Part shown: positions 39,781 to 55,732 of the stretch, piece by piece
Layout of the letters: each line of letters begins with the position of its first letter
Numbering within the stretch: position 1 is the stretch's first letter
Origin: the human T2T-CHM13v2.0 reference genome, Homo sapiens
DNA length: 64,000 nucleotides
Direction: 5' to 3' (one strand)
Assembly: GCF_009914755.1 (NCBI RefSeq)
Contig: NC_060926.1
Made by a program: the position numbers and the translations under genes
The notes under the pieces: generated by a model
The model's input: the letters and a program-made list of their open reading frames with translations, nothing else
What the model was told of the DNA's origin: nothing
Database searches by the model: none

Positions 39781-40082
39781 GCCAGGTGTGGTAGCTGACA
39801 TCTGTAATCTCAACACTTTGGGAGGCCAAGGCAGGAGGATTGCTTAAGGTCAGAAGTTGAGACTAGCCTGGACAACATAGCAAGATCCCACCTCTACAAA
39901 AAATTTTAAAATTAGCCAGGCATGGTGGCGTGTACCTGTAGTCCCAGCTACTTAAGAAGCTAAGGTGGGAGGATCACTTGAGCCCAGGAATTTGAGATTG
40001 CAGTGAGCTGTGATTGCACCGTTGCACTCCAGCCTGGGAGACAGAGGAGACCCTGTCTCCAAAAAAAAAAAAAAAAAAAAAA
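39781..40082 (+). mobile_element. AluJ-like
   Basis: Full dimer with poly-A. Confidence 0.92.
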
Positions 40083-40429
40083 CACTAATTCCTCTGTGCT
40101 TCCAAACATATGCCCAGTTGGCTGTATGGCATCTAGCAAGAATTTGGGAAATGCAGAGAAGATAGGTAACCAAGTTTCACCTCTGCCATTACTCCATCCT
40201 CAGGTGATGATATGCAAGCCATCACGAAGATATAGCCAGGCACATGTTTGTATTACCCTCTCCTGCCCCTTCCAAACACAGTGTGTTGACATCAGGCCGT
40301 GAAGAGGTCAGGATGCATGTGTTCATGGCAGAAAGGGAGGACATGGAGGAGTGTCTGTCTGTGATCTTAAATACTCTGTCTCTTGGAGTTTAGGATTAAG
40401 AATTACATTTAAAATATGAAAAACCAAAT

Positions 40430-41063
<634 letters not shown>

Positions 41064-41532
41064 AAAAATTATTTTTAATACACAAGATGGGAAATAACAT
41101 GAAAAGTTGAGACCAAATCAGCACCATTGGGTAACATAGAATAGGTAGGTTAAATATGCAGGTGGGATCCAGGTTCTTTCTCTTCTGAATTCCAGCAACA
41201 ATTTCTAGTTCATCTTTTATTGAGGTTAAAGGCCTTGTCTCTGTTATCTTGATTTTCAGCTTTTTGAAAGCAGAGAATGTATATTGGCTTTCTTCTTTGT
41301 AACTTGTAAATATTGCTAAAACATGCCCATTATGTTGGTTTGATTGCTCCATAGGGGGATCCTGGCAGCTAGGAGGAAAGATAGATTATGCTCTGTGTTT
41401 TTGTTTTTTCACCTCATGTGAATAGAACAGCATTTATACAAGGTCAGGTCAAGAGGAAGCAAGCTCAGCTTGCTTCCACAGAGGCTGATGGAACGGATTT
41501 CTGCTGGGCACTCTCAAGTTCTCACTGCTCAC

Positions 41533-41640
41533 CGAACTCTGGAGCTTGTATGCATGAAGGGCCCGGTCCAGATCCACGGTTTTGGTAGTTGGAGCCACTT
41601 TGCCTCTGACACTGTGCACATAGTCATAGTGGTAGACAGC
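41533..41640 (-). CDS. NEB: NEB exon ~129 (108 nt) AVYHYDYVHSVRGKVAPTTKTVDLDRALHAYKLQSS
   Basis: cag / gtgagc. Confidence 0.97.
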
Positions 41641-41929
41641 CTGGTGCAGAAAGAAGCATTGTTAGAAGCAAAGAGAATGGGAACCCAGGTTCCTCTTTAA
41701 AAAAAATAACGGTAGCCTGCTTCCCTTTGCCTGGAGAACTCATCTGACACATTACTGTGGCTTGTCCAACAGGATCAGAGCCAGCGTGTGGACACTCACA
41801 CTGAGAAACAGAAGAGATGGCCCAGGCACAAGAAGAGGAAGGGTGGGCATTTTACCACTAGAAGTTCCAAAATAATAGGTCTCAATGTTTGCACTCACTG
41901 GCGGGATCTGATATTGACTTACCAACCTG

Positions 41930-42155
41930 TGGAGTTAATAAAGAAAGAGCAGCTTTGTGCCTGCCCTGCCTGCTTTGTGTCAGGCGTCATAGTGGGTGCT
42001 TCCTTACGTCCCCATTTTATGCATCAGAATGGGAGGCTCAGATGGATTAAGTGCTTTTCATAAGCCTTATAGATAATGTGTGGTAGAGGTGAGACTGCAC
42101 TCCACAACTCTAACTCCAGAGCCTGCTTGCTTCTTATTCTACCATAGCTGGTTCT
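41930..42155. mobile_element. MIR
   Basis: cccattttatg...gggaggctcagatggattaagtg...ctctaactccagagcc. Confidence 0.6.
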
Positions 42156-42466
42156 AATTTATTAAATGGCCTAGATAGAAATAAACTTGCTATGACACAG
42201 GGCACAAAAAACACGTTGGAAGTGCTAAGGCACAAAGTTACTTCATAGACTCGGATCACCTACAACTCCGCCCCAGCAAACTGCTTGAATGCATCAGGTT
42301 TCAGGAAACAATAGCCAGCAGCATCTTCAGTGCTTTCAAACGCACCAACTCTGGTTTCCCAGTTAGAAAAGACTTGGCACTGCCCAGTCTATGGTTTTTG
42401 CCACCTCTGCTTGAGTGGTGGCCCTGCTTTATTACTGTCCACTTAACTTCCCCAGTGATCACTTAC

Positions 42467-42571
42467 GTCACTTAGCTGTTTCCCACTTTTGACAGCCTGC
42501 ACGTAGACTGGTGTATCTGTGACAAGCTTGTAGTCATTCCTTGTTTTCAACATGTGAGCTTTATACTTGAT
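42467..42571 (-). CDS. NEB: NEB exon ~128 (105 nt) IKYKAHMLKTRNDYKLVTDTPVYVQAVKSGKQLSD
   Basis: cag / gtaagt. Confidence 0.97.
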
Positions 42572-43192
42572 CTGCCGAGAGGAAGAAAACAAGCCCATGT
42601 TGGACCATTCCTTATGCTTGAAACTGCTGGTTTTCACAGAGGGTTTGGTTGCTTTTAACTCATGAGATTTATATTCATCAGCACTACTCAACAGACTGAG
42701 ATGCATTTGAATTTTATAACAGTGTAACCAACACTTATATGGGGCTTCTAGAGTCTTCTAGGACACTTGATAACTACTCTTCTAGGAAAGTTTAAGCTTT
42801 CTTACTGAAATCCTCATTACAGTATTTAATTTGCGTGGAAAATCCTCTCTTTACAAATAGAGCTTGTCTATAGCATTGCAAACACTAACAAATCACACTT
42901 TCCTAAAATGACAATTAAGTGCTTGTTAATATATCCAAAATAGCCTAAAACATAGAAAGAGAAGATGCTGGTCCCTTCTCCACCAGAGGACGATGGCACA
43001 CCTGGACTGCAGTTTAATAAGAATGCCATACGCCTTCCTGAGAGATGGTTGCTCTGCTCCTAGCAACTTTCTCCAGCTCAGCCACCCCCAAGAGCTGGCC
43101 TGTGACAATGTCCCTATTTTACATAACCTCCTCTTAACTCTAGACTATGGAGAAATGGAAATATACTAAAGAACAAAACAAGGCAAACTCAC

Positions 43193-43297
43193 ATCATCAC
43201 GTAGATCATAAGCATGCTTGGCATGGAGGATTTCAGGAGTGTCCCAGACGTAGCAACCAATGCCTTTCAGCCAGTTGAGGTCATCCTTGTATACAAT
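43193..43297 (-). CDS. NEB: NEB exon ~127 (105 nt) IVYKDDLNWLKGIGCYVWDTPEILHAKHAYDLRDD
   Basis: tag / gtgagt; WLKGIG. Confidence 0.97.
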
Positions 43298-43622
43298 CTA
43301 GAGGGTTTTGATAGAAAGGATCAGAAAAAAAAAATTGACCATAATAACTTTAACACTAAAAACAGAGGTACATTCTAGACTCAGAAGGCTTTGTGGAATG
43401 AGGAGCAAAGGCATTATGCAAAGAGGCTCAGGGGAGCCACAGAAACATGTGTACACAGAGCCCTGCTTCCAGAGACAGCTCTGAAGTCAAGTTGGACAAA
43501 TGGACATATAGGGAAGAGATAGTGGAAAAAGGCTAAGGTAAAGAAATGGGTGAGTTTGCTGCCTTCTGGGTGGGGCCGTGGGGCGGGGCCGTGGAGGGGT
43601 ACTTCTTAAGTCACAGGCTTAC

Positions 43623-43820
43623 ATCGCTGATCTGATCTGTGACTTTCCTGACGTGATCATTGACTTGCAAGTCGGGGTGGCAAATCCATTCGTGGAGGCG
43701 CAGGCGGTAATCAATCTCACTGACTTTCTTCTGGGAATCCTTGGCAGTAACCATCTCTACCATGTCGGGCACGATGTGGATTTTCATCTTGTTCTTTTCA
43801 TAAACTGATCTGTACAGGCG
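43623..43820 (-). CDS. NEB: NEB exon ~126 (198 nt, 2 repeats) RLYRSVYEKNK...RKVTDQISD
   Basis: cag / gtaagc; ORF 43611..43880. Confidence 0.97.
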
Positions 43821-44073
43821 CTGTAAAGTTAAAATCACATGCCAGTTATACAGGAAATTGTGCCAAGGCATCATGGCCATACATGAGAAGTCAGGCTAAC
43901 CAACTCACAGCGAACAGTTGGGGGCAGGGCAGTGACTGGTATTTTCTGACATTTTCTATAGATTAACACCAAGGGAAATTTTTAAAAAATAAAGCATTAT
44001 AGCTGAAATAATGTGTAGCTTCTTTACATGTGCACAGTCAGTGTCATATGCATTGGTAAATAGAAAATGTTCA

Positions 44074-44370
44074 GGCTGGGCATGATAACTCACACCTGTA
44101 ATCCCAGCACTATGGGAGACTGAGGCAGGAGAATTGCTTGAGCCCAGGAGTTTGAGACCAGAGTGGGCAACATAACGAGATTCCAATCGCTACAAAAAAA
44201 AACCTTAGCTGGGTGTGGTGGTGCATGCCTGTAGGCCCAGTTACTCAGCAGGCTGAGGTGGGATGATTCCCGGAGCCCAAGAGGTAGAGGCTTGCAGTGA
44301 GCTGTGATTGCACCACTGCCCTCCAGCCAGGGCAACAGAGTGAGACCTGTCTTAAAAAGAAAAGAAAAGA
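44074..44370 (+). mobile_element. AluJ-like
   Basis: Full dimer, TSD ~aaatgttc. Confidence 0.92.
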
Positions 44371-44437
44371 AATGTTCCTATTAATAATACATGGCTATTT
44401 TACTTGACTTAAATTTGAAGTAAGGTCTTTGGAGTTA

Positions 44438-44718
44438 CCCTCATGTGTTGCATAACAATGTTTCAGTCAAAAGATTATAATGCTGAGTTTTTACTGTACC
44501 TTTTCTATGTTTAGATACACAAATACTTGCCACTGTGTTACTGTTGCCTACAGTATTCAGTACAGTAACATGCTGTACAGGTTTGTAGTCTAGGAGCAAT
44601 AGGCTATCCCATCTAGGTATGTGGAAGTGCACTCTATGATGTTAGCACAACAATGAAATCACATAACGAGCGGCACATTTCTCAGAATGTATCCTAGTCA
44701 TTAAGGGGCGCATGACCG
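44438..44718. mobile_element. Tigger3-type DNA transposon, internally deleted, opposite orientation to the 7310 copy
   Basis: TA-c(cc)TCATG...CATGACCG-TA ends; body is reverse-complement homologous to 7310-7692. Confidence 0.85.
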
Positions 44719-44725
44719 TACTTAC

Positions 44726-44839
44726 ATCGATGTTAAGCTTGCCAACTCGGAGGCACCGTGCTGTGTTCGGATCATCGTCAACACTTCTTGGTAACGTATA
44801 AAGAGCTTTGAACTTTTCATATTCTTCCCGATATTTGAT
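44726..44839 (-). CDS. NEB: NEB exon ~125 (114 nt) IKYREEYEKFKALYTLPRSVDDDPNTARCLRVGKLNID
   Basis: tag / gtaagt. Confidence 0.97.
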
Positions 44840-46372
44840 CTATAGAGAATAAGTAGAAAGGAAGAAACAGTTTTAGAGAGTAATGGATTTATATTATTAA
44901 AACAGCATAAGACTTAATGGGAAAAACCCGACTCTGAGATCCACCCAGCGTTGGGGACAACACTTCTCTGAACTCATTTCCCCACCTGTACAGAGAGATA
45001 CAGCAGTAGCGCCTGCCATGGGGTTATCGTGTGGCTTAAATCAGACTGTATCAAAAGTACTTTTAAACCACAGAGCGCTATGAAATTTTAGTTGCTGTTT
45101 TCAAAATTCCTATAGCAATACTAGTACTTTTACTGCTACTACAAGCAATTCATTTTAAAGATTATGTAATTTAAAAATATTCTCTTGTGGTAATGGCTTT
45201 GTTTTTCTTACTAAAAGGAGTGCGAGATTAAAACTGTGCTTAGGAATATCTTTGTTTTTAATAACTGAAAAGTCTGCTGCTAAGAAAACACAATCCTTGG
45301 ATTTCAGTTTCTACAAGGCTTTCAAAAATACAGTGCAATCAACTTCTGTGGGATAACAATTAGTTCTTAAGCCATGTTGCCCGTTAATTAGTGTTCCATG
45401 ATTATATAAACCAGGTTAAGACAGAGACTAAGATCCAATCTCATAGCACACAATAATAAAATAACAGTTCTTCCAAAACTCAGCGATTTGCACCTCTGTA
45501 ACAAAAGAGAGATGGGAGTATATATTTGTGTCAGAATTCCAGCAATGCTCTTCATTGACTGGAGGCCAACCAAAATTTCCACTAGATTTTTCCAAAACAG
45601 AAAATCAGCTTCTTACATCTAATCTATTTCTCAGCTTCAAAGATGATGGCATTTAAAGGCACCGTTAAAAAAAAAAAAAAACACATACACACACACAAAA
45701 CTTTTTCCTAAAATAAGGTCAGAATACTTCTTTTAAAGGATTAATTTCTCTATGTTTTACCTTGCTCCAAAACCAATTTGCCAAGAATCTTGCCTCTATA
45801 ATTTTGTTCATGACTCAAGGAAAAAGCCTCTTTTGAGCTTTTAAAATCTTATCTATAGTACTTTTCTTCCAAAATGAAAAGTTTGCTCCTTTTTGTAATC
45901 TTCCAAATAGAGGTGGGTCTGGGTAAAATCAAATATGTTACTGTTTCCTCCAGGTAAAAATTAAATAATTCCATAGACTGTCTAATGAAGTTTATTTCTA
46001 AGCTGTGCATCTGTAAGCCCAGTAGAGTAGTGAAATCAATTTACTGAGTCACTAGCATTTAAATGAGTAGAACAGAATGGAAATTATCAGAGTGTACTGT
46101 CTCTAGTCTAGCAGTCACTACTCTTCTGTGAGACATTTGTGCCAGAAGAAACTCAGGTAAACTTCAGGGGTGTGTGTCTGTGTATGTGAACTTGAAATAA
46201 AAAATAAATTTCCCACTGTGAGTCATGGTCAAAACATGTTTGAGAAATGCTGATTTAAAGTGTTACAGAAAATGTTCCTGATTAAGAGATAAAGTCTCTA
46301 ATTTTTCTGAAGGAGAACTGGGCTAAGAATTACAATAAAGCTTACAGGGAATTTTACAATAAAAGGTTTTAC

Positions 46373-49762
<3,390 letters not shown>

Positions 49763-50388
49763 AAAAGGTTTTACTTAAGAACATTAATGGTTAGAGGTCA
49801 TAAGATTTAAAGGCATAAAGAGTTAGAGGATGTATGATCTTCTACTATATTTAAACAGCTCATGAGATTTAGGGTTTGTTTGTTTTACAATTATGTTTAT
49901 ATCTAAGAAAAGTTCTACCTAAAAAAGGAGAATTAAACAATTTTTAAATGTTTTCTATTTCATTGCTATAAAATAATTTATATTAACTGGGGATGGTATA
50001 ATAACCGGTTATCATATTCACTGGTTTATTTTTGCCCTACATCCATGTAATTCTATTGAAAAAGTCTATTTCTGTAAGGTGTATTATGTCTTCAGCCCAT
50101 CCTTACTTCTGACTCTAGCAGAGATTATCATGTGCAGACAGGCAGTCTGAAAGGTCACATCCTGTCCTCTTTGCAAGTGCTTGTGATTCTCTCCAGGCAG
50201 CAGAGAGAGACAGGCAGTGAGCACATAGACTCTAATGACTGAGCATTTGGAATTATTTCCTGGACATGCCCACGGGAGTGCTAGGGGTACTTCTGGACAA
50301 CGTATGAATCAGCCTGAAAGATTCTTGGAGTGGAGAGCAGGGGAGGGGAGGGAGGGTGGGAAAGCTGTCATGTTTTTGCTTTACTTAC

Positions 50389-50496
50389 ATGGCTGGCCAG
50401 ATGCTTCTGGTTCTTGGCGTGTGTCAGGGACAAGGTGCTGGAAGGCAGGATGTAGCTGGTGGCTTTCACTCTATCCCAGGCCTCCTTGTACAGGTT
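50389..50496 (-). CDS. NEB: NEB exon ~124 (108 nt) NLYKEAWDRVKATSYILPSSTLSLTHAKNQKHLASH
   Basis: cag / gtaagt. Confidence 0.97.
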
Positions 50497-50801
50497 CTGC
50501 AGGAATTAAAGACCTTCTTGTGAATATGGGAAAATGCATCTGGTTAGCTTCTGAGTAGCAGGTTTTCCTTCTGTGTCTGTCCTTCTCACACACTCCCCTA
50601 CTAACTCCCAGGACTCCTCTTTAAGGTGGGGCTTATTTAATTGTACCTACTAGAATTTTATGAGGTAAAGTAAGATTGAAGGTCCAGGAAAAAACCATAG
50701 AAAAGCCTTTAGGGAAAGAGTGTCCATCCCATTTATTCTCTTACTGTCCCAGAAGGGGGAAAGGTGGCTCATATATAAGGGGGAAAAAAAACTCAACTCA
50801 C

Positions 50802-50906
50802 ACTGCTGTAAAGATTCTTCAGGTTTCTGGTTCTGTCATAATCCACTGTTTCTAGAACTGTTGTGTATTTGTCCTTAATCTGATGATAATTTTCTTTATA
50901 TTTTAC
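50802..50906 (-). CDS. NEB: NEB exon ~123 (105 nt) VKYKENYHQIKDKYTTVLETVDYDRTRNLKNLYSS
   Basis: cag / gtgagt. Confidence 0.97.
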
Positions 50907-51005
50907 CTGTAGACAAGCAACAATAGGTTATTCACCTCTGTTGTTAGAAAATACATAAAGACAAGAAATAGTTTGTCCCTGGAAGAGGAGTACAGGAAGA
51001 CGCAC

Positions 51006-51110
51006 CTCACTGGCATTAATGCCACTCTGAACAGCAGTCACATAGAGGGGCGTGTCTGTGACCAGATTATAGTTTTGTAGATTTTCTTTACCTGCTGCTG
51101 TATATTGTAG
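51006..51110 (-). CDS. NEB: NEB exon ~122 (105 nt) LQYTAAGKENLQNYNLVTDTPLYVTAVQSGINASE
   Basis: cag / gtgcgt. Confidence 0.97.
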
Positions 51111-51374
51111 CTGTGAAGAAAAACAAAAGTCATCAAAAATGGTAACATACAGGTCTGTCATCAGCTGTAGCTGCTTGTGCCAACTTACATGTGCCTTTAT
51201 TTCTGGATTTCTGCTTTAATCCTAACAAACAGGCTGTCATTCTAGAGTCCTGCAGACTTTGTATGGCTGCCAGAATGAATAGTTTCTCTTGACTGAGACT
51301 GGCGTCGAGATTTTGGCCATTTTGTTGCCTTTTCCATGCCTATTCTCCATCCCTGACAGCAGCCCCTCACTTTT

Positions 51375-51473
51375 TTTTTTTTTTGGTTTCGAACACTTTT
51401 TTTTTTTTATTATTATACTTTAAGTTTTAGGGTACATGTGCACAATGTGCAGGTTAGTTACATATGTATACAT
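51375..51473 (-). mobile_element. Micro L1PA2/3-like insertion (~65 nt of L1 3' end plus tails)
   Basis: ttatactttaagttttagggtacatgtgcacaatgtgcaggttagttac; 13-bp TSD gcccctcactttt at 51362-51374 and 51474-51486, followed by aa (TTTT/AA). Confidence 0.93.
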
Positions 51474-51907
51474 GCCCCTCACTTTTAACATTCCATTACA
51501 ACTGCCCTATCAGAGCTGAACCACGTGCTGAAAAGTTTTCCAGATACTGATCTTTTTCCTCCAAAACTTATCTACCTGTAATCAAAGGATGCTTCTACCT
51601 CCTACTCTCTGCAAGTTAACTTGATCAACTAAGGTACAGATGCTTGAGAGTAGTTCACTAAGAAACACCTCCCAGATAAGCTTTTATTATAAATGTGCAT
51701 TGCCTTAAACCAAAGGAGAGACTCAGACTGGGAAGATCCAGCCCCAGAGCAGGACACTAGAAGAGCTTTGATTGGGAGAGGAGGGGCTTTGGTCAGTTAG
51801 AGCCTACACTGTTACAGCAACTTTCTTTGCCTGCCCATCAGCCCACTGACACCACCATGGATTCTGATGACCCATGGAGAACCAGTCCTTCTAGGAAGGT
51901 GGCTCAC

Positions 51908-52012
51908 CTGACTCTGAAGGTCGTATGATTTCTTGGCATGGAGGATTTGGGGTGTATCCCAAACGTAGCAACCAATGCCTTTCAACCAATTCAGGTCATC
52001 TTTATACACATT
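51908..52012 (-). CDS. NEB: NEB exon ~121 (105 nt) NVYKDDLNWLKGIGCYVWDTPQILHAKKSYDLQSQ
   Basis: cag / gtgagc; WLKGIG. Confidence 0.97.
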
Positions 52013-52408
52013 CTGCAAGAAAGAGAGAACAATGAAATGTGGAAGGTATTCTGAATTTACAATTGAGCATTTGATAATTTCCTATCAGCTGTTGGCTGTG
52101 CTTATTGCTTAGAAGACATAGGGTAGGCCTCTCACCAGCTGGAAGGTCTTTAATTCCCAAGCCTAAAGAAGCTTGAGAGCAATATCAATGTCTGAGTCTA
52201 TTGTGAAACCAATTAAATATTTAACATATGTGTCCTATGGCTTAGGGTGGATTCTTATACCAAAAAGTGGCTCATGCCACTTTGTTTTGAGAAGCAGCAA
52301 GATTTATGAATACAGGGACAACGGGAGCATGGCAGCCAGGGTTGGGGGGTAGCCAAGACACAGTCATGGAAGCTGTAGCTGAGTCAAGCTGCAGAAGGGA
52401 CATCATAC

Positions 52409-52606
52409 ATCACTCAAGATCTCCTGGGCGTTTCGGACGCGTATAACATTGGGTTCTTCCAGAAGAGACGTCCACTGGTGGAAATAGTGTCGATACTCCA
52501 GGTCACTGAGGATGTACTGGCACCTTTTAGCCAGCACGTGATTCATCATGTCATTGGGGATATGAACATTTGCTTTGGTATCCTCATAATGTTTTCTGTA
52601 GTTCAA
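52409..52606 (-). CDS. NEB: NEB exon ~120 (198 nt) LNYRKHYEDTK...RNAQEILSD
   Basis: tag / gtatga. Confidence 0.97.
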
Positions 52607-52779
52607 CTAATATGTTTTAAAGACAAAAATAAGAAAGGGGTTTAAATGTAAATTATTCAGATCAATGTCTTTTAGATCCTTATTTCCCATATAGATCAGT
52701 ATCTCTAGAATAAACTAAGGTTAATATATACTTTATTATATTCTTTATACTTTATATATATATACTTTATATACTTTAA

Positions 52780-53110
<331 letters not shown>

Positions 53111-53402
53111 TGAAGTTTTCCATCCTTTTATAACACAGGGTAAATAGTGACCTTGATGCTTTTTCCTTTTCTGAACACAAAGCAGTCACAGTGTTAAATA
53201 GTCAGGGAGAAAGTGGCAGGGAGGAAGCACACAGCTACCAAGAGTCCACAGGCTGACTTGGAGGGGTGAGGAAAATCTCAGGAAGGACCCTACGCTACTC
53301 CATTTCCCAGCTAACCTGAACCAAAGGGCAAGTTATAAACAGGCAGACACGGCAGCACACTTATGGGGCACAAATCCCGTGTTAAAGTGGACATTTACTT
53401 AC

Positions 53403-53516
53403 CGCACTCCTCATCTTTTGGAAATCCAGACAGTGAACCACACCAGGGAATTCACCGATCACTTTTCCAGCCAGGTAGTGACCTTTCTGCTTCTCATATG
53501 TCTCTTTGTATTTAAG
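53403..53516 (-). CDS. NEB: NEB exon ~119 (114 nt) LKYKETYEKQKGHYLAGKVIGEFPGVVHCLDFQKMRSA
   Basis: cag / gtaagt. Confidence 0.97.
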
Positions 53517-53619
53517 CTGTAAAGTGGGTTAAACATTGAGAATCGCTGGAGTTTCCTAACCAGCCCCTTGATCCCCAGTAAAGACTCTCAAACTTAGGAG
53601 AGGAAAAGGTCATACTGAC

Positions 53620-53727
53620 CTCACTGTTCACCAGATCAGCATGCTTGGCTCCAACAATGGGAATGTAGCGCTCATCCAGGGTGTAGCCATAGGCCTTGGT
53701 GCCCTCCCACGCCCCTTTATACAGTAT
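53620..53727 (-). CDS. NEB: NEB exon ~118 (108 nt) ILYKGAWEGTKAYGYTLDERYIPIVGAKHADLVNSE
   Basis: tag / gtcagt. Confidence 0.96.
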
Positions 53728-53923
53728 CTAGAACAAAGAAATACATGGCAACAAAAGTTTTCTTTCAACTTCTTTCAGATACCACTAAAACAATTGGTCT
53801 AATTAAGGTGAAACATGTATGTTCAAGGCAAGGCTGAAATCTTTATCTATAGCCATTAGTGCATCTACCTAGAATAGGGCAGTTATTTGGTTTATTGCAA
53901 ATTAAACTTACAGACTCGAGGCA

Positions 53924-54250
53924 TTTTATTTTTTATTTTATTTTATTTTATTTTATTTTTATGTTTTTTGAGACAGAATCTTGCTCCATCACCCAGGCTG
54001 GAGTGCAGTGCCGTGATCTAAGCTCACTGCAAACTCTACCTCCTGGGTTCAAGAGATTCTCCTGTCTCAGCCTCCAGAGTAGCTGGGATTACACGCACGC
54101 ACCACTATGCCTGGCTAATTTTTGTATTTTTAGTAGAGATGGGGTTTCACCGTGTTGGCCAAGCTGGTCTAACTCCTGACCTCAGGTGATCTACCAACCT
54201 CACCCTCCCAAAGTGCTGGGATTATAGGCGTGAGCCACCATGCCCAGCCA
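53924..54250 (-). mobile_element. AluS-like with (TTTTA)n tail
   Basis: Full dimer, TSD actc(g/t)aggcatttta. Confidence 0.93.
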
Positions 54251-54489
54251 ACTCTAGGCATTTTATAAGAGTTGACTATTTTTGCGGTCCTAGTAAAAGT
54301 GACAACAAATTTGCACACAGGGAGAGAACTGGCAAATATTCTTTCCCATTGGGTGCACACATGTACACTATTGGTCTCCTTTAAATTAGCTGAATGAAAT
54401 TTTGGAGGGCAAGTTCTCCTCTTGTTGGCTAGAGATGCTGATGCGTGATTACTAAAGAGGGACCAACCTTACCTCCCTTTTCTCTATTG

Positions 54490-54680
54490 GTAGGTGCTCA
54501 ATGCTATGTGCCCCCAGAGCACTTGTTAGATTATTATTCTATCAATTTAAGTCTGTTCCCCTCACTTGCACGATCTCCTGAAGGCTTGTCTCATTGAGCT
54601 TTAGCCCCTCATTGCCTCCTAAAGAGCCCGGCACATCACAGGAGCTCAAAAGCACCAGCTGAATAAACGCTATTTGCCTT
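54490..54680 (+). mobile_element. L2 3' fragment
   Basis: gtctgttcccctcact...agagcccggcacatcacaggagctcaa...gctgaataaa. Confidence 0.55.
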
Positions 54681-54840
54681 GAATAACATGGTACTTCTAA
54701 TACACAAGACTAAGTGCAATGGGAAAATAAATAATAGATTGGCTTATAAGTTCAGCAGTTGACAAAATCAGCCAAGAATATGAATGCAACAAGAGCTTCA
54801 AATTAGAAATTGAGTGGTTATTACATAAAAGAGAACTTAC

Positions 54841-54945
54841 AGTACTGTAGAGTTTTCCCATGTCTTTGGAGTGGGAGATATGTGGTGTATCTGGTGAAAA
54901 CGTATATTTGCCCTTTGCTTTATTAAATGTTTCTTTATATTTTAC
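54841..54945 (-). CDS. NEB: NEB exon ~117 (105 nt) VKYKETFNKAKGKYTFSPDTPHISHSKDMGKLYST
   Basis: tag / gtaagt. Confidence 0.97.
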
Positions 54946-55297
54946 CTAAGGAGAGAAAACCAAATCTTTTATTACTATAAATGAATATTAAATTTTTATA
55001 AGATTACCTAGAAACATAATCAGTCCACGTTTAAAGATTAAAACTAACCAACTGGTTGAATTTTAGCCCATTTTAGCTAAAACAATAGAATAATTTGGAT
55101 AGGAATATAGATATCTAAAAGTGAATACAATTCACCACCTGCTAGTGACTTTTAAGACATACCCCCCAAAGATGATCTTAGAATTTACCACCTCCCAATT
55201 TTTTTACAAGCAATTATCTGAAGTTAAGCTAATCCACCCAATGATAGACAATTTACTCCCCAGTCTGTGCACTTCAGCATGCACAAAGCAAACTTAC

Positions 55298-55402
55298 ATC
55301 ACTTTGATTGACAGAATTAATCTTGGCTAAAACAATCTCTGGAGGATCCACCACACTTGTAAAGTTAGGATAGTTTTCAAGGGCATTTTTCTTATATTTG
55401 AT
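55298..55402 (-). CDS. NEB: NEB exon ~116 (105 nt) IKYKKNALENYPNFTSVVDPPEIVLAKINSVNQSD
   Basis: cag / gtaagt. Confidence 0.97.
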
Positions 55403-55512
55403 CTGTAAAGAAACGGAGACAATTAAGACAGGTCTACCACCACAGGTTATCTACCCCAACATGGCAGGTAGGAGGACAGGCATAGGTTAGAAGGAGAATA
55501 GGCTTTGCGTAC

Positions 55513-55617
55513 CTGACTCATCATTTCCTGGTTCTTAGTAACCCTTACATGGTCCACAGAATCCAGTGGGATCCAGCCAATGCCTCGGAGCCACTCCAGG
55601 TCAGCTCTGTAGACATT
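55513..55617 (-). CDS. NEB: NEB exon ~115 (105 nt) NVYRADLEWLRGIGWIPLDSVDHVRVTKNQEMMSQ
   Basis: cag / gtacgc; WLRGIG. Confidence 0.97.
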
Positions 55618-55732
55618 CTGAGAGCAGGAAGAGAGATATAATGGAGGAATAAATGACTGAGACACAGGCTTACAGAGGGCAGGTTACAATTTTTTCAGAA
55701 GCTTTTAAAGGATTTCTCTCTAGTAGTTTTCT

